Assembly: GCA_902801525.1 (NCBI GenBank)
Contig: CADCIN010000001.1
Coordinates: 34,583-98,582, forward strand
Source: an uncultured Erysipelotrichaceae bacterium
Lineage (GTDB): Bacteria; Bacillota_I; Bacilli_A; RF39; UBA660
Reading direction: 5' to 3'
Length of the DNA: 64,000 nt
Both the position numbers and the translations under genes were made by a program. The notes beneath the pieces were generated by a model. That model was not told where the DNA came from, searched no databases, and saw nothing but the letters and a program-made list of their open reading frames with translations. Numbering within the stretch: position 1 is the stretch's first letter; the number at the start of each line of letters is the position of its first letter. Positions 30,523-40,084 of the stretch are shown piece after piece.

Positions 30523-31245
30523 TTATTCTTCAGATGTATTTACTTCAGTAGTATTTTCTTCGTTTGCAGTTTCAACTACTTCTACATAACTAATTAAGTC
30601 TGCAGGTTCATTCTTTGAATTTGGTTTTTTAACAGCTGTACGAATCATTACTAATGATTTCTTTGCACCAGGAACATTTCCTTTAACTAAAATGACATTA
30701 TTTTCTTTGTCAACTGAGATAATTTCAAGATTTTGAACAGTTCTTGTAACATTTCCCATTTGACCAGGCATTTTCTTACCTTTTAATACATGCATTGGTA
30801 ACATAGTACCAAGTGATCCTACACCTCTATGGTATTGAGAACCATGTCCCATTGGACCAGTTGATTGATTATGACGTTTGATAACACCTTGGAAACCTTT
30901 TCCTTTACTTGTACCAGTAACGTCTACTATTTCACCTTCACTAAAAACTTCTACATTAAGTATTTGGCCAAGAGTATACTCATTTACGTCTACTCCCCTA
31001 ATTTCTCTTAAGAAGCGCTTAGGTTCAGTATTTGCTTTCTTAGCATGTCCTATTTGTGGTTTGTTGCTTACTTTAGCTCTGATTGTTTCAGTTCCTAATT
31101 GAACAGCATCATAACCATCTTTTTCTACTGTTTTGATTTGAGTAACAACATTTGGCTCAACTTCAATAACAGTTACTGGAATTAACTTACCGTTTTTAGT
31201 AAAAACTTGAGTCATTCCAATCTTTTTACCTAAGATTCCTTTCAT
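30523..31245 (-). CDS. rplC: 50S ribosomal protein L3
   Basis: L3 sequence. Confidence 0.95.
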   Translation of the reverse strand: MKGILGKKIGMTQVFTKNGKLIPVTVIEVEPNVVTQIKTVEKDGYDAVQLGTETIRAKVSNKPQIGHAKKANTEPKRFLREIRGVDVNEYTLGQILNVEVFSEGEIVDVTGTSKGKGFQGVIKRHNQSTGPMGHGSQYHRGVGSLGTMLPMHVLKGKKMPGQMGNVTRTVQNLEIISVDKENNVILVKGNVPGAKKSLVMIRTAVKKPNSKNEPADLISYVEVVETANEENTTEVNTSEE

Positions 31246-31261
31246 TATTGTTTCCTCCTAA

Positions 31262-31573
31262 TTATTTTGTTTTGATTTCAATATCTACTCCGCTTGGTAA
31301 ATCTAAATGAGCTAACGCATCAATAGTTTCCTTGCTTGGATTTTTGATATCAATAAGTCTTTTGTGTGTACGCATTTCGAATTGTTCACGTGAATCTTTG
31401 TATTTATGAACAGCTCTTAAAATTGTGAATTTTTCAATTTCAGTTGGTAATGGAATAGGTCCTGAAACCTTTCCTCCAGATCTTTTAATTGTTTCAACAA
31501 TTTTAGTTGCAGCATTATCAAGGATTCTGTGATCATATGCTTTTAATCTAATACGAACTTTTTCTGTTGACAT
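31262..31573 (-). CDS. rpsJ: 30S ribosomal protein S10
   Basis: S10 begins at [15 protein letters not shown]. The 34 extra upstream codons in the ORF track are open leader sequence. Confidence 0.9.
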   Translation of the reverse strand: MSTEKVRIRLKAYDHRILDNAATKIVETIKRSGGKVSGPIPLPTEIEKFTILRAVHKYKDSREQFEMRTHKRLIDIKNPSKETIDALAHLDLPSGVDIEIKTK

Positions 31574-31690
31574 TTTAAAATCCTCCCTTCGTCTATATCT
31601 AGTATAGGCTTGCTCCGTGTAAAAACCCGATTCCAGTTTTGCAACTCTGCCTGGTGTATCGGCAACCTCACACATCTATGCAGTCACACG
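31574..31690 (-). promoter_or_regulatory. GC-rich structured 5' leader of the S10 operon (hairpin CCGAUACACCAG...CUGGAAUCGG); candidate L4-responsive attenuator
   Basis: Local GC content is far above the surrounding sequence; complementary segments read directly; lies between the promoter and the rpsJ start. Confidence 0.45.
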
Positions 31691-31696
31691 TAACTA

Positions 31697-31726
31697 ATTA
31701 TAGCATAGTAATATCGATAAATGCAA
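31697..31726 (-). promoter_or_regulatory. sigma-A-type promoter of the S10 operon (TTGCAT, 18 nt spacer, TGcTATAAT extended -10)
   Basis: Minus-strand sequence TTGCATTTATCGATATTACTATGCTATAAT read directly. Confidence 0.5.
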
Positions 31727-31832
31727 CAATTTTTTACAAAAAAATTTATTTTTTTTATTTGTCTTTGTTATGTATACTATTTGTTTACATATATTATTTT
31801 TATTTTAGAACATAATAATATTGGTGATAGAT

Positions 31833-32093
31833 ATGAATAAATATCAAATTAATATTTATGAACAAATTGCGAGAAATATAAAGAAATATAGAAAAGATGC
31901 AAAAATTACACAAGCTGTGCTTGCTGAGAGGACTGGCTTATCTCATGAATTCATTAGAAGAATTGAATCTAAGAAAGGTATTAAATCTTTTTCTGTAGAT
32001 ACTATTTGGAAGATTTCTTTAGCTTTGGATATAGAAGTTGGCAAGCTTTTTGATTTAGATATGGAATTATTAAAAAAAGATACTAATAAATAA
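31833..32093 (+). CDS. XRE-family helix-turn-helix transcriptional regulator
   Basis: HTH_3 pattern ITQAVLAERTGLSHEFIRRIESKKG. Start is the ATG after GGTGATAG (the ORF-track start is a TTG 4 codons upstream). Confidence 0.8.
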   Translation: MNKYQINIYEQIARNIKKYRKDAKITQAVLAERTGLSHEFIRRIESKKGIKSFSVDTIWKISLALDIEVGKLFDLDMELLKKDTNK

Positions 32094-32107
32094 AATTAGT
32101 ATCTTTT

Positions 32108-33385
32108 TTATATTTCATTATTTTCTAAACAGAATGTTGCATATACTGGAATATATCTAATATCTTTTTTGGTAGAAAAGTTGTTTTCTGTAATTCTATA
32201 TGCTTGTAGTGTTGTATATTTTTTCATAAATACTGACAAAGACTTTGCTTTTGATTGTTGTTTTGTTGTTATTTCTATTGGTATGATTTTACCCATTCTA
32301 TTTTGAATAACAAAATTTACTTCTGCTTTTCCTTGTGATTGATAATAATATAGTGAATATCCTGATTCTATTAATGACTTTGCTATATGATTCTCATAGA
32401 TTGTTTCTTTTATATTCTCATCTGTTAAAAATTTCTTTCTATTTAAATGCATCATTGTATAAAGCATTCCATCATCTGGAACATATAATTTAAAGGAATC
32501 AGTTTGTCTACAACTACTTAGTGGTGATTTAATATCATTAACTTTATAACTTCTATAAACTATTTGATTATTAACTAAATAAGATATGGCATTTTCATAT
32601 TCTTTAGCTCTTCTTCCATCTCCAATTAATCCATATTGGAATTTTTTATTTTCTTTACTTAGTTGATCTGGGACTGAATCTAGTACTTCAACGCTTCTTT
32701 GGATGTCTATTAAACTTTTAGCATAAAGTGTTTCCTTTTTATAGCAATCTGATATTTTTTGTTTTATGGCATCTATCTCATAATCTGATGATCCATTTAA
32801 ATATTCTTTTATAACTTCAGGAAATCCTCCTGTTACTAAATATTCTTGAAATAAGTCAAGAGCTATTTTATGAAATGGACATGTTTTTCTCTTTTTATAA
32901 GATTCTTTTATAAGTTCGGCTAAGCTTGCTTCGTTCTTAGCATGTAAATATTCTTCAAAATTCATTTCATACATTATTTTAAATTGTAGTTCTTCTCCTT
33001 TAAAAAGGGATAAATTTTCTCTTCTCGGTGTTATGGCAATAATATGATATTTACTTCTTTCACTCCCAAATAATTTTAAACCTTTAACTATATCTATACT
33101 TGAAACATTATCAAATATTATTAATGTATCTTCTTTAAGAATTGTTTCACCTGAAATTAGAGAAAGTTTTAGGATTATTTTTTCTGTACTTTTTTCTTTA
33201 CTAAATAGTTCTATTATTTCCTTATTGTTATCAGTATTAAAGTATACAACATTTTTATATTCTTTTTTACCAAACGATAATACTGAATAAGTTTTACCTA
33301 TTTGTCTTGCTCCATAAATAATAAGTGGTTTTCTAAGAATGTCATTTTTCCATTTTAATAAAAAAGTATTTATCTTTCGTTCCAT
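32108..33385 (-). CDS. AAA-family ATPase with C-terminal DUF4143-like domain
   Basis: P-loop GARQIGKT near the N-terminus; 425-aa architecture typical of AAA_14 plus DUF4143 ATP-binding proteins. Confidence 0.7.
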   Translation of the reverse strand: MERKINTFLLKWKNDILRKPLIIYGARQIGKTYSVLSFGKKEYKNVVYFNTDNNKEIIELFSKEKSTEKIILKLSLISGETILKEDTLIIFDNVSSIDIVKGLKLFGSERSKYHIIAITPRRENLSLFKGEELQFKIMYEMNFEEYLHAKNEASLAELIKESYKKRKTCPFHKIALDLFQEYLVTGGFPEVIKEYLNGSSDYEIDAIKQKISDCYKKETLYAKSLIDIQRSVEVLDSVPDQLSKENKKFQYGLIGDGRRAKEYENAISYLVNNQIVYRSYKVNDIKSPLSSCRQTDSFKLYVPDDGMLYTMMHLNRKKFLTDENIKETIYENHIAKSLIESGYSLYYYQSQGKAEVNFVIQNRMGKIIPIEITTKQQSKAKSLSVFMKKYTTLQAYRITENNFSTKKDIRYIPVYATFCLENNEI

Positions 33386-33480
33386 AAAATGTATCCTCCA
33401 TTCATATTTTCTAAAATAAGTATACTTTTTATTATGTTTTTAGTCAAGAATAAAAAAAATAATTTATGATTTTTCATAAA

Positions 33481-34257
33481 TTATTTCTTTGTAGAAGACT
33501 TTTTGTGTTCAAGTCTTAATTTATCTGCAACAGTTACAATGAATTCTGAGTTGGTGGGTTTTGCTTTTTCTATGTCTACACTATGTCCAAAGATTTCCTC
33601 CATCAGTTCCCAGTTACCTCTATTCCAACTTACTTCAATCGCATGTCTTATGGATCTTTCTACTCTTGATACAGTTGTGTTAAAGATTTTTGCTATTTCC
33701 GGGTATAATTCTTTGGTTATACCCCCTACCATAAAAGGTCTTTCATATACAATTATTATTCCTTGTTTAATATATTGATATCCTTTTATATGTGAAGGTA
33801 CTCCTAATTCATGTAATATATTAGTAATTGCGATTTCTAAGTTGTTATGGTAAATATCTACTGTTTTACCTCCAAACTTTGTTCCTTCGATTACTTCTGT
33901 AATTCTCTTTTCTAATTCATCTAACTGGAATGGTTTAAGTATAAAGTAACTCACTCCAAGTTCAGATACTTTACGTATTATGTCTTGAGTATTATATGAC
34001 GTTAATACTATTACCTTCTTATCAATAGATTTTTTCTTCATATATTCTAAGACACTAACTCCGTCTTTGTTAGGCATGATAAGGTCTAAAATAATTAGAT
34101 CATATTCATCTCTTTTTTTATCAATTATTCTGATTCCTTCTTCTCCATCATTTGCCTCTAATGTTATTTTAATCTCTGCGTGTGCACTAAAATACTCTTT
34201 AATCATTTTAACTAGTTCTTTGTTGTCATCAACAATCAAAACTCTTGTCTTTTCCAT
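33481..34257 (-). CDS. spo0A: sporulation master regulator Spo0A (response regulator)
   Basis: Receiver domain (VLIVDDN, DLIMP) plus the diagnostic Spo0A C-terminal domain ([14 protein letters not shown]...[38 protein letters not shown]). Start is the ATG after GAGGAGAG. Confidence 0.9.
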   Translation of the reverse strand: MEKTRVLIVDDNKELVKMIKEYFSAHAEIKITLEANDGEEGIRIIDKKRDEYDLIILDLIMPNKDGVSVLEYMKKKSIDKKVIVLTSYNTQDIIRKVSELGVSYFILKPFQLDELEKRITEVIEGTKFGGKTVDIYHNNLEIAITNILHELGVPSHIKGYQYIKQGIIIVYERPFMVGGITKELYPEIAKIFNTTVSRVERSIRHAIEVSWNRGNWELMEEIFGHSVDIEKAKPTNSEFIVTVADKLRLEHKKSSTKK

Positions 34258-34356
34258 TTTCTCTCCTCTCATATACTACCACGCATTTTAATTATATAAT
34301 ATTATTTTGATTTTGTGTAGAAAAAAAATAGACTATTTTTGTCGAATTGTCTATTT

Positions 34357-35061
34357 TTATATATTATTAAGTAATCTTTCTAATTTTTTTGCATCTAAAC
34401 TTATTTTTCCAAGAAGATATCCATCTACTTTATTTAATTTATTTAAAGAAATAATTGTTTTATTGTTTACTCCTCCACCATATAATACTTTATTATTGGG
34501 ATAATTTTCTTTTATTAATGAGATAACTTCATCTATTTCTCTTATACTTGGTATTTGTTTTTTTCCAATACACCATATTGGTTCATAAGCGATGATAATT
34601 TTATCTTTTTGCTTTTGAGAAAGTGTTCTTAAATCTTCTTTTAATTCTTCCATTAAAATAGTTTTATAATCAAGATTTATTCTTTCTTCATCTGTCTCTC
34701 CTATACATAAAATAGGTGTTATTTTTTCTTTAAGTAAGTTTTTTATTTTTTGAGATATATCAGAAGATAATTCATACTCTTCCGATCTTCTTTCATGATG
34801 ACCTACTATTGTATATTTAACATTTAAATATTTTAGTTGTCTTGCAGATACTTCTCCTGTATGAGCTCCTTCTGTGTATTTACTAACGTCCTGACTTCCA
34901 ATTACTAAATCATTTAATCCTTTATTTGATAAATAAATATAAGATGGACATAATACTATATTATTCTTAGTATTAATTTTTTTTAATTTATCTAGATAAA
35001 TCTCAAACTCATTACGATTGAAGTTACACTTATTGTTTAGTACTACTAACATCTTCATCAA
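34357..35061 (-). CDS. tpiA: triosephosphate isomerase (divergent, short)
   Basis: TIM motifs AHTGEVSA, GHHERR, IAYEPIWCIG and YGGG; 234 aa; start ambiguous (three Met in the first four codons); overlaps the upstream GT4 gene. Confidence 0.8.
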   Translation of the reverse strand: MMKMLVVLNNKCNFNRNEFEIYLDKLKKINTKNNIVLCPSYIYLSNKGLNDLVIGSQDVSKYTEGAHTGEVSARQLKYLNVKYTIVGHHERRSEEYELSSDISQKIKNLLKEKITPILCIGETDEERINLDYKTILMEELKEDLRTLSQKQKDKIIIAYEPIWCIGKKQIPSIREIDEVISLIKENYPNNKVLYGGGVNNKTIISLNKLNKVDGYLLGKISLDAKKLERLLNNI

Positions 35062-36313
35062 CCTCTTTATTCTTTTTTGAAAATTTTTCTTTTTCCTTTT
35101 TTACAACCCTTTTAATTATAGATGGAATATCTTTCTTATTATTAAAATTATCTATTGCAGCATTATATACATCTAGTACACTTGTTGCAAATTCTTCTAG
35201 GGAGAATTTTTTTGCGACCATTTTTGATTTATTTGATAAGTTATTTAATTGCTTCTTGTCCTCTTTTAATTTATCTAATAATTTGGCACATTCTTCTTCT
35301 GTTTCAAAGAACTTACCATTCATTCCATCAACTACCATTGTGTGAAATGCTTCATCTTCAATACAAACTGCTGGAAGATTAGATGCCATTGCTTCAATAA
35401 CAGTTAGTCCTTGCGTTTCTGTTTTTGATGCAGTAACAGCAACATTTGCATTATGATAATAATATGGCATCTCGTCCCATGGAACAACTCCAGTAAATTT
35501 AACTGATTTTTCAACATTTAAATCTTGTGCTAATTGTTCATATTTTTCTTTATCAGGTCCGTCCCCAACAAGTAATAATTTTATATTTTTATTTTTAACA
35601 TGTAACATACTTCTAAGTAGGAATTCAATATTTTTTTCTTCAGCCATTCTACCTACAAATATGACTACAAAATCATTTTTTTTATAATTTAATTTTTTCT
35701 TAACATCAAGCAATTTATCTTTATCTAAATTTTCTTCATAAAATCTTGTACAGTCTATTCCTGTTGGCACTATATATATATCTTTATCATAGTCATATTC
35801 ATTTCTAAATAAATGATAAGTTTTGATAGTTGGTACAATAAATGCATTAGCTGTTTTATCACAATAAAATTTAGATAAATATTCAACTGCCTTTTTGCAT
35901 CCTAAATCAAAGTATTTGTGATTTCTTGAAACATAATATGTATAATCTTTATACATTGTATGATATGTGTGTACTAAGGGGATTCCAAATTGTTTTGCAA
36001 AAAGTCTTGCAAAAATACCCATACAAAGTTCTGTATGTGAATGAATGACATCTAGTTTCCATGATTTTATTTTATTAACTACTCTTAACGGATAAATACT
36101 AGCTGCTCTATAATCATATATTCCTAAAGGAATTCCAGGTACTTTTAGGATTCTATTTTTTTCATCATAATCATAATTTGTTGCATCTTGACCTACTGTT
36201 ACAACGTATACAATATGACCTAAATCTTCTAGAGACTTTTTTAGAGTTTCTACACTAGTTGATACACCATTAATATATGGTGGATATGAATCTGTAAATA
36301 AACCTATTCTCAT
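35030..36313 (-). CDS. GT4-family glycosyltransferase, probable diacylglycerol glycolipid synthase (alMGS/CpoA-like)
   Basis: N-terminus MRIGLFTDSYPPYINGVSTSV characteristic of GT4 glycolipid synthases; start is the ATG after AAGGAGAG. Confidence 0.75.
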   Translation of the reverse strand: MRIGLFTDSYPPYINGVSTSVETLKKSLEDLGHIVYVVTVGQDATNYDYDEKNRILKVPGIPLGIYDYRAASIYPLRVVNKIKSWKLDVIHSHTELCMGIFARLFAKQFGIPLVHTYHTMYKDYTYYVSRNHKYFDLGCKKAVEYLSKFYCDKTANAFIVPTIKTYHLFRNEYDYDKDIYIVPTGIDCTRFYEENLDKDKLLDVKKKLNYKKNDFVVIFVGRMAEEKNIEFLLRSMLHVKNKNIKLLLVGDGPDKEKYEQLAQDLNVEKSVKFTGVVPWDEMPYYYHNANVAVTASKTETQGLTVIEAMASNLPAVCIEDEAFHTMVVDGMNGKFFETEEECAKLLDKLKEDKKQLNNLSNKSKMVAKKFSLEEFATSVLDVYNAAIDNFNNKKDIPSIIKRVVKKEKEKFSKKNKEVDEDVSSTKQ

Positions 36314-36314
36314 T

Positions 36315-37325
36315 TTATCTCTCCTTTTTTTCAAAACTTAGGGCCATAGCACCTAGAATCATTCCTAAGTAGTATGTGATAAATCTCCACATTAAAAGCA
36401 TTGTTGTAATTATTTTCTTATTTAAAAAGTTACCAAAGAATTGCATGAATCCATATTCTATTCCACCACTTGCACCTGGGATTGGTACGAAGGCACCAAT
36501 TAATAATACATATGCAGACGATGTAATTGTTTCCATAATATTCATACTTGTATAATCATGTAATGAGAATAAAATAAATATAGGCACACTATATAATAGA
36601 ACTAAACTTATTATATTTGATAATACTCCTATATAGAAAAGTCCTCTTCTTTTACGTAGTTTTTTTGCACTTGTATGAAATTCTTCTAATTTTGTATTCC
36701 AATTATCAATTATTTTTTCTTTGTTTTTTATAATTTTTATTTTACTTAATAGTTTTATTAGAAATGACATTATTTTATGAGTTAGTTTCTTTGAAAATGT
36801 TATTATAAAAAGAGCAACTGCTACTAATATATTTATACTAAAACCTAGTAATACTAGTTTTCTTAAAAAAGTTACTTTTGGAAATATATGAAATATCCAA
36901 TTATATCCTACGGCAATAAAACCGAATATTACTAATGCTGTTTGATAAAAAATAAAATTTTGAATAACTATATTAGTTGACTCAGCTCCTGAAATATTAT
37001 GCTCTGTTAACATATATATTTCCATTGGTTGTCCACCTGTTGAAAAAGGTGTTATTCCATTAAAAAATTGTGTAATAATATTATGTTTAATAGCTTCTTT
37101 TAAAGTTATTTTTTTTGAGTCATTTACTGTTTTATATGTTGCATACGCTTTAAAACAAATAGATAATAAATATACAATTATGGCTACTAAGATGTATTTA
37201 TAATCCATTGTACTTAGAGCTTTTATTACTTTTGGTAAATCATCTTTTAATACAATATAAAGAATGATAAGAGTAATTATGAAAAGTATTATTGTATTCT
37301 TCTTTATATTTTTCATTATCTCCAT
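36315..37325 (-). CDS. UPF0104 / lysyl-phosphatidylglycerol-synthase-TM-like (flippase-like) membrane protein
   Basis: 8-TM protein with an N-terminus typical of the family. An alternative start at 37316 overlaps the upstream stop (TAATG). Confidence 0.6.
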   Translation of the reverse strand: MEIMKNIKKNTIILFIITLIILYIVLKDDLPKVIKALSTMDYKYILVAIIVYLLSICFKAYATYKTVNDSKKITLKEAIKHNIITQFFNGITPFSTGGQPMEIYMLTEHNISGAESTNIVIQNFIFYQTALVIFGFIAVGYNWIFHIFPKVTFLRKLVLLGFSINILVAVALFIITFSKKLTHKIMSFLIKLLSKIKIIKNKEKIIDNWNTKLEEFHTSAKKLRKRRGLFYIGVLSNIISLVLLYSVPIFILFSLHDYTSMNIMETITSSAYVLLIGAFVPIPGASGGIEYGFMQFFGNFLNKKIITTMLLMWRFITYYLGMILGAMALSFEKKER

Positions 37326-37816
37326 ATTTTTGTACCTTCAGTTTCTTTAATAATTGGTTTTTCTTTAACAAATACAATATTATCTTTTTCTTTTCCAAGT
37401 GATTCAAATCCATTATTATGTAAACTTTTTTGAATTGCCTTATCATTTTCATTAACAGTTGAAAGTATTTCTTCTGACTTTAAGACTTTAAAGCTATAAG
37501 CAACTGATACATCAACTATTTTTCTATATTGTTTTTCTAAAGTTGGAAAAGTTATAGTAGATGTTTTACGATCTTTTTCATAATTAATTAAGCAAGTATC
37601 ACTTATCTTATTATTAGACACTAAAAACAGAAATGTTTTATTTTCATTTTTATTTTTGAACAATCTATGAAAATCATTTTCGTTATATTTACTTGAAATA
37701 TCAGTTAGATATTTTGATGCATATTCATCAAGACCATTTTCTTTTTCAAATTCTTTATATAACTCTATATGGTTTTTGTTATATGGATCTGCAATAAAGA
37801 TTTCTGTTTTTTGCAT
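37316..37816 (-). CDS. hypothetical 166-aa protein (possibly GNAT-like fold)
   Basis: ORF only; sits in the operon between pgk and the membrane-lipid genes. Confidence 0.4.
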   Translation of the reverse strand: MQKTEIFIADPYNKNHIELYKEFEKENGLDEYASKYLTDISSKYNENDFHRLFKNKNENKTFLFLVSNNKISDTCLINYEKDRKTSTITFPTLEKQYRKIVDVSVAYSFKVLKSEEILSTVNENDKAIQKSLHNNGFESLGKEKDNIVFVKEKPIIKETEGTKIWR

Positions 37817-37824
37817 TTTATCAC

Positions 37825-38997
37825 CTACTTAATAATTTCTAATCCTGGTAACTTTTTGCCTTCAAGATATTCTAGTGTTGCTCCTCCACCAGTTGATGCA
37901 TGATAAATTTTATCTTTTGTTTTTGATATTGATGCTGCTGCTACAATATCTCCTCCACCTAGTATAGTTTTTATATTTTCTTTAACAAGGTATTTTAAAA
38001 TACTTGTTGTTGCCTTACGATAATTTTTAAACTCATATACTCCTAGTGGTCCATTCCATAATACCATTTTAGCATCTTTTAAATATTTTTTAAAGATTTT
38101 AACAGATTTTGGTCCAATATCTAGCCCAATATCATTATATTCAAGTTCATTTATATCTTTATCTGTTTTTTCTGATTCATTATTAAACTCTTTAGATGTT
38201 GCAATATCTATAGGTAAAATTATCTTTTCAGGATATTTTTTCATTATCGTTTGACATAATTCAATGCTATCATAATCAACAATTGAATTACCTATATCAA
38301 AACCATCTGCTTGGAGAAATGTAAATGCCATACCTCCACCAATTAATATTTTATTTGCTTTTGTTACTAAATTTTCAATTACACCTATCTTATCTTTTAC
38401 TTTTGATCCACCTAAAATTACAATAAATGGTTTTTCAGGACTATTTAATTCATTTAAAGCTTTTAATTCTTTTTCAACTAGTAAACCAATACATGATTGA
38501 ATGTTTGATGCAATACCTACATTTGAAGCATGTGCTCTATGTAGCGTCCCAAATGCATCATTTATAAATACATCTCCTAAGGACGCCCAATATTTACCTA
38601 GTTCTAAATCATTTGAACTCTCTTTTTTTCCATCTAAATCTTCATATCTTGTATTTTGAATTAGTATTATATCTTTTTCATTCATTTCAGATACTGATTT
38701 TTCTAGTCTTTTACCTCTTGTTTGATTTATAAATTTAACTTTTCGATCTAATAATTTTTCAAGTCTTCTCGCAACTGGTTTCATATTGTTTTTTGTAAGA
38801 TCGCTTTCTTCTTTTACTCTTCCTAAATGAGATAGTAAAATTATCTTACAATTATTTTTTAGGCAATAATTTATAGTATCAAGACTTGCTTTTATTCTAG
38901 TATCGTCTACTATTCTTCCATTTTTTAATGGAACATTAAAATCACATCTAATAATAACCTTCTTATTCTTTATATCTATATCTTGTAATGTCTTCAT
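37825..38997 (-). CDS. pgk: phosphoglycerate kinase
   Basis: PGK sequence (RCDFNVP, GGGA...). Confidence 0.95.
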   Translation of the reverse strand: MKTLQDIDIKNKKVIIRCDFNVPLKNGRIVDDTRIKASLDTINYCLKNNCKIILLSHLGRVKEESDLTKNNMKPVARRLEKLLDRKVKFINQTRGKRLEKSVSEMNEKDIILIQNTRYEDLDGKKESSNDLELGKYWASLGDVFINDAFGTLHRAHASNVGIASNIQSCIGLLVEKELKALNELNSPEKPFIVILGGSKVKDKIGVIENLVTKANKILIGGGMAFTFLQADGFDIGNSIVDYDSIELCQTIMKKYPEKIILPIDIATSKEFNNESEKTDKDINELEYNDIGLDIGPKSVKIFKKYLKDAKMVLWNGPLGVYEFKNYRKATTSILKYLVKENIKTILGGGDIVAAASISKTKDKIYHASTGGGATLEYLEGKKLPGLEIIK

Positions 38998-39063
38998 AGT
39001 TATTATCCTCCTTTTAAAATTATAACACTTTGAATAGTAAAAAAAAAGATATCATGTGATATC

Positions 39064-40074
39064 TTATAATATTTCATCTGTTAAATACTTTGCTGTTCTT
39101 ACCATTTGTGCTGTATATGACATTTCATTATCATACCAAGAAATAATTTTTATCATTTGTTTTCCATCTACTTCTAGAATATTTGTAGATAATCCATCTA
39201 CTAGTGATGCACACCTTCTACCAATTATATCACTTGATACTATTGGGTCTTCTGTGTATTCTAGTGTTTCATTTTGATTATTTCTAAATAAATTATTTAT
39301 TTCTTCCACGGTTGTATTTCTATTTAACTCTAATACTAAATCTACTACTGATCCAGTTGGAACTGGTACTCTCATCGCAAGACCATCTAATTTTCCATCA
39401 AGATTTGGACAAACTTTTCCTATTGCTTTAGCAGCTCCTGTTGATGTTGGAACAATATTTGCTGCGCAAGCTCTTCCCCTTCTTGTATAGATTCCTTTTT
39501 TGTGGGCAACATCTAATGTTACTTGATCATTAGTATAGGCATGAACTGTTGTCATATAACCTTTTTTAATACCAAACTCTTTATCAATTAAATCTACTAC
39601 TGGTGCTAAGCAATTAGTTGTACAGCTAGCTGCGGATATTATTTGTTCATCTCCAGTTAATGTCTTATGATTTACATTATATACAATTGTTTTCAAATCA
39701 CCCTTAGCTGGTGCAGAAATAATTACTTTTTTAGCTCCTGCTGTAATATGTGCCATAGCTTTATCTTTATCTGTAAAAAACCCAGTACATTCCATAACTA
39801 CATCTATACCTAATTCTTTCCATGGAAGATTAATAGGATCTTTTTCAGCATATACTTTAACTCTTCTATTTCCTATTATTATCTCATCATTATCATAGGA
39901 TATTTCATTTATTCTATAATTACGATGATTAGTATCATATTTTAATAAATAAGATAATTGTTCAGCATCAGTTAAATCATTAATTGCTACTACTTCAAAA
40001 TCTGGATCTTCTTCCATTAATCTAAATACTAATCTTCCGATTCTTCCGAATCCATTTATTGCAACTTTTATCAT
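39064..40074 (-). CDS. gap: glyceraldehyde-3-phosphate dehydrogenase
   Basis: MIKVAINGFGRIGR, SCTTNCLAP active-site motif. Confidence 0.95.
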   Translation of the reverse strand: MIKVAINGFGRIGRLVFRLMEEDPDFEVVAINDLTDAEQLSYLLKYDTNHRNYRINEISYDNDEIIIGNRRVKVYAEKDPINLPWKELGIDVVMECTGFFTDKDKAMAHITAGAKKVIISAPAKGDLKTIVYNVNHKTLTGDEQIISAASCTTNCLAPVVDLIDKEFGIKKGYMTTVHAYTNDQVTLDVAHKKGIYTRRGRACAANIVPTSTGAAKAIGKVCPNLDGKLDGLAMRVPVPTGSVVDLVLELNRNTTVEEINNLFRNNQNETLEYTEDPIVSSDIIGRRCASLVDGLSTNILEVDGKQMIKIISWYDNEMSYTAQMVRTAKYLTDEIL

Positions 40075-40084
40075 ATTTCCTCCT

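Noticed and set aside
31574-31675. 34-codon N-terminal extension of the rpsJ ORF ([34 protein letters not shown])
   Set aside because: S10 proteins start at [11 protein letters not shown]. The extension is simply the open GC-rich leader read in frame and has no RBS, so it is treated as non-coding regulatory RNA.
37240-37452. 70-aa minus-strand ORF overlapping two real genes
   Set aside because: Alternative frame spanning the junction of the 166-aa and UPF0104 genes; K/Y-rich low-complexity translation; no RBS.
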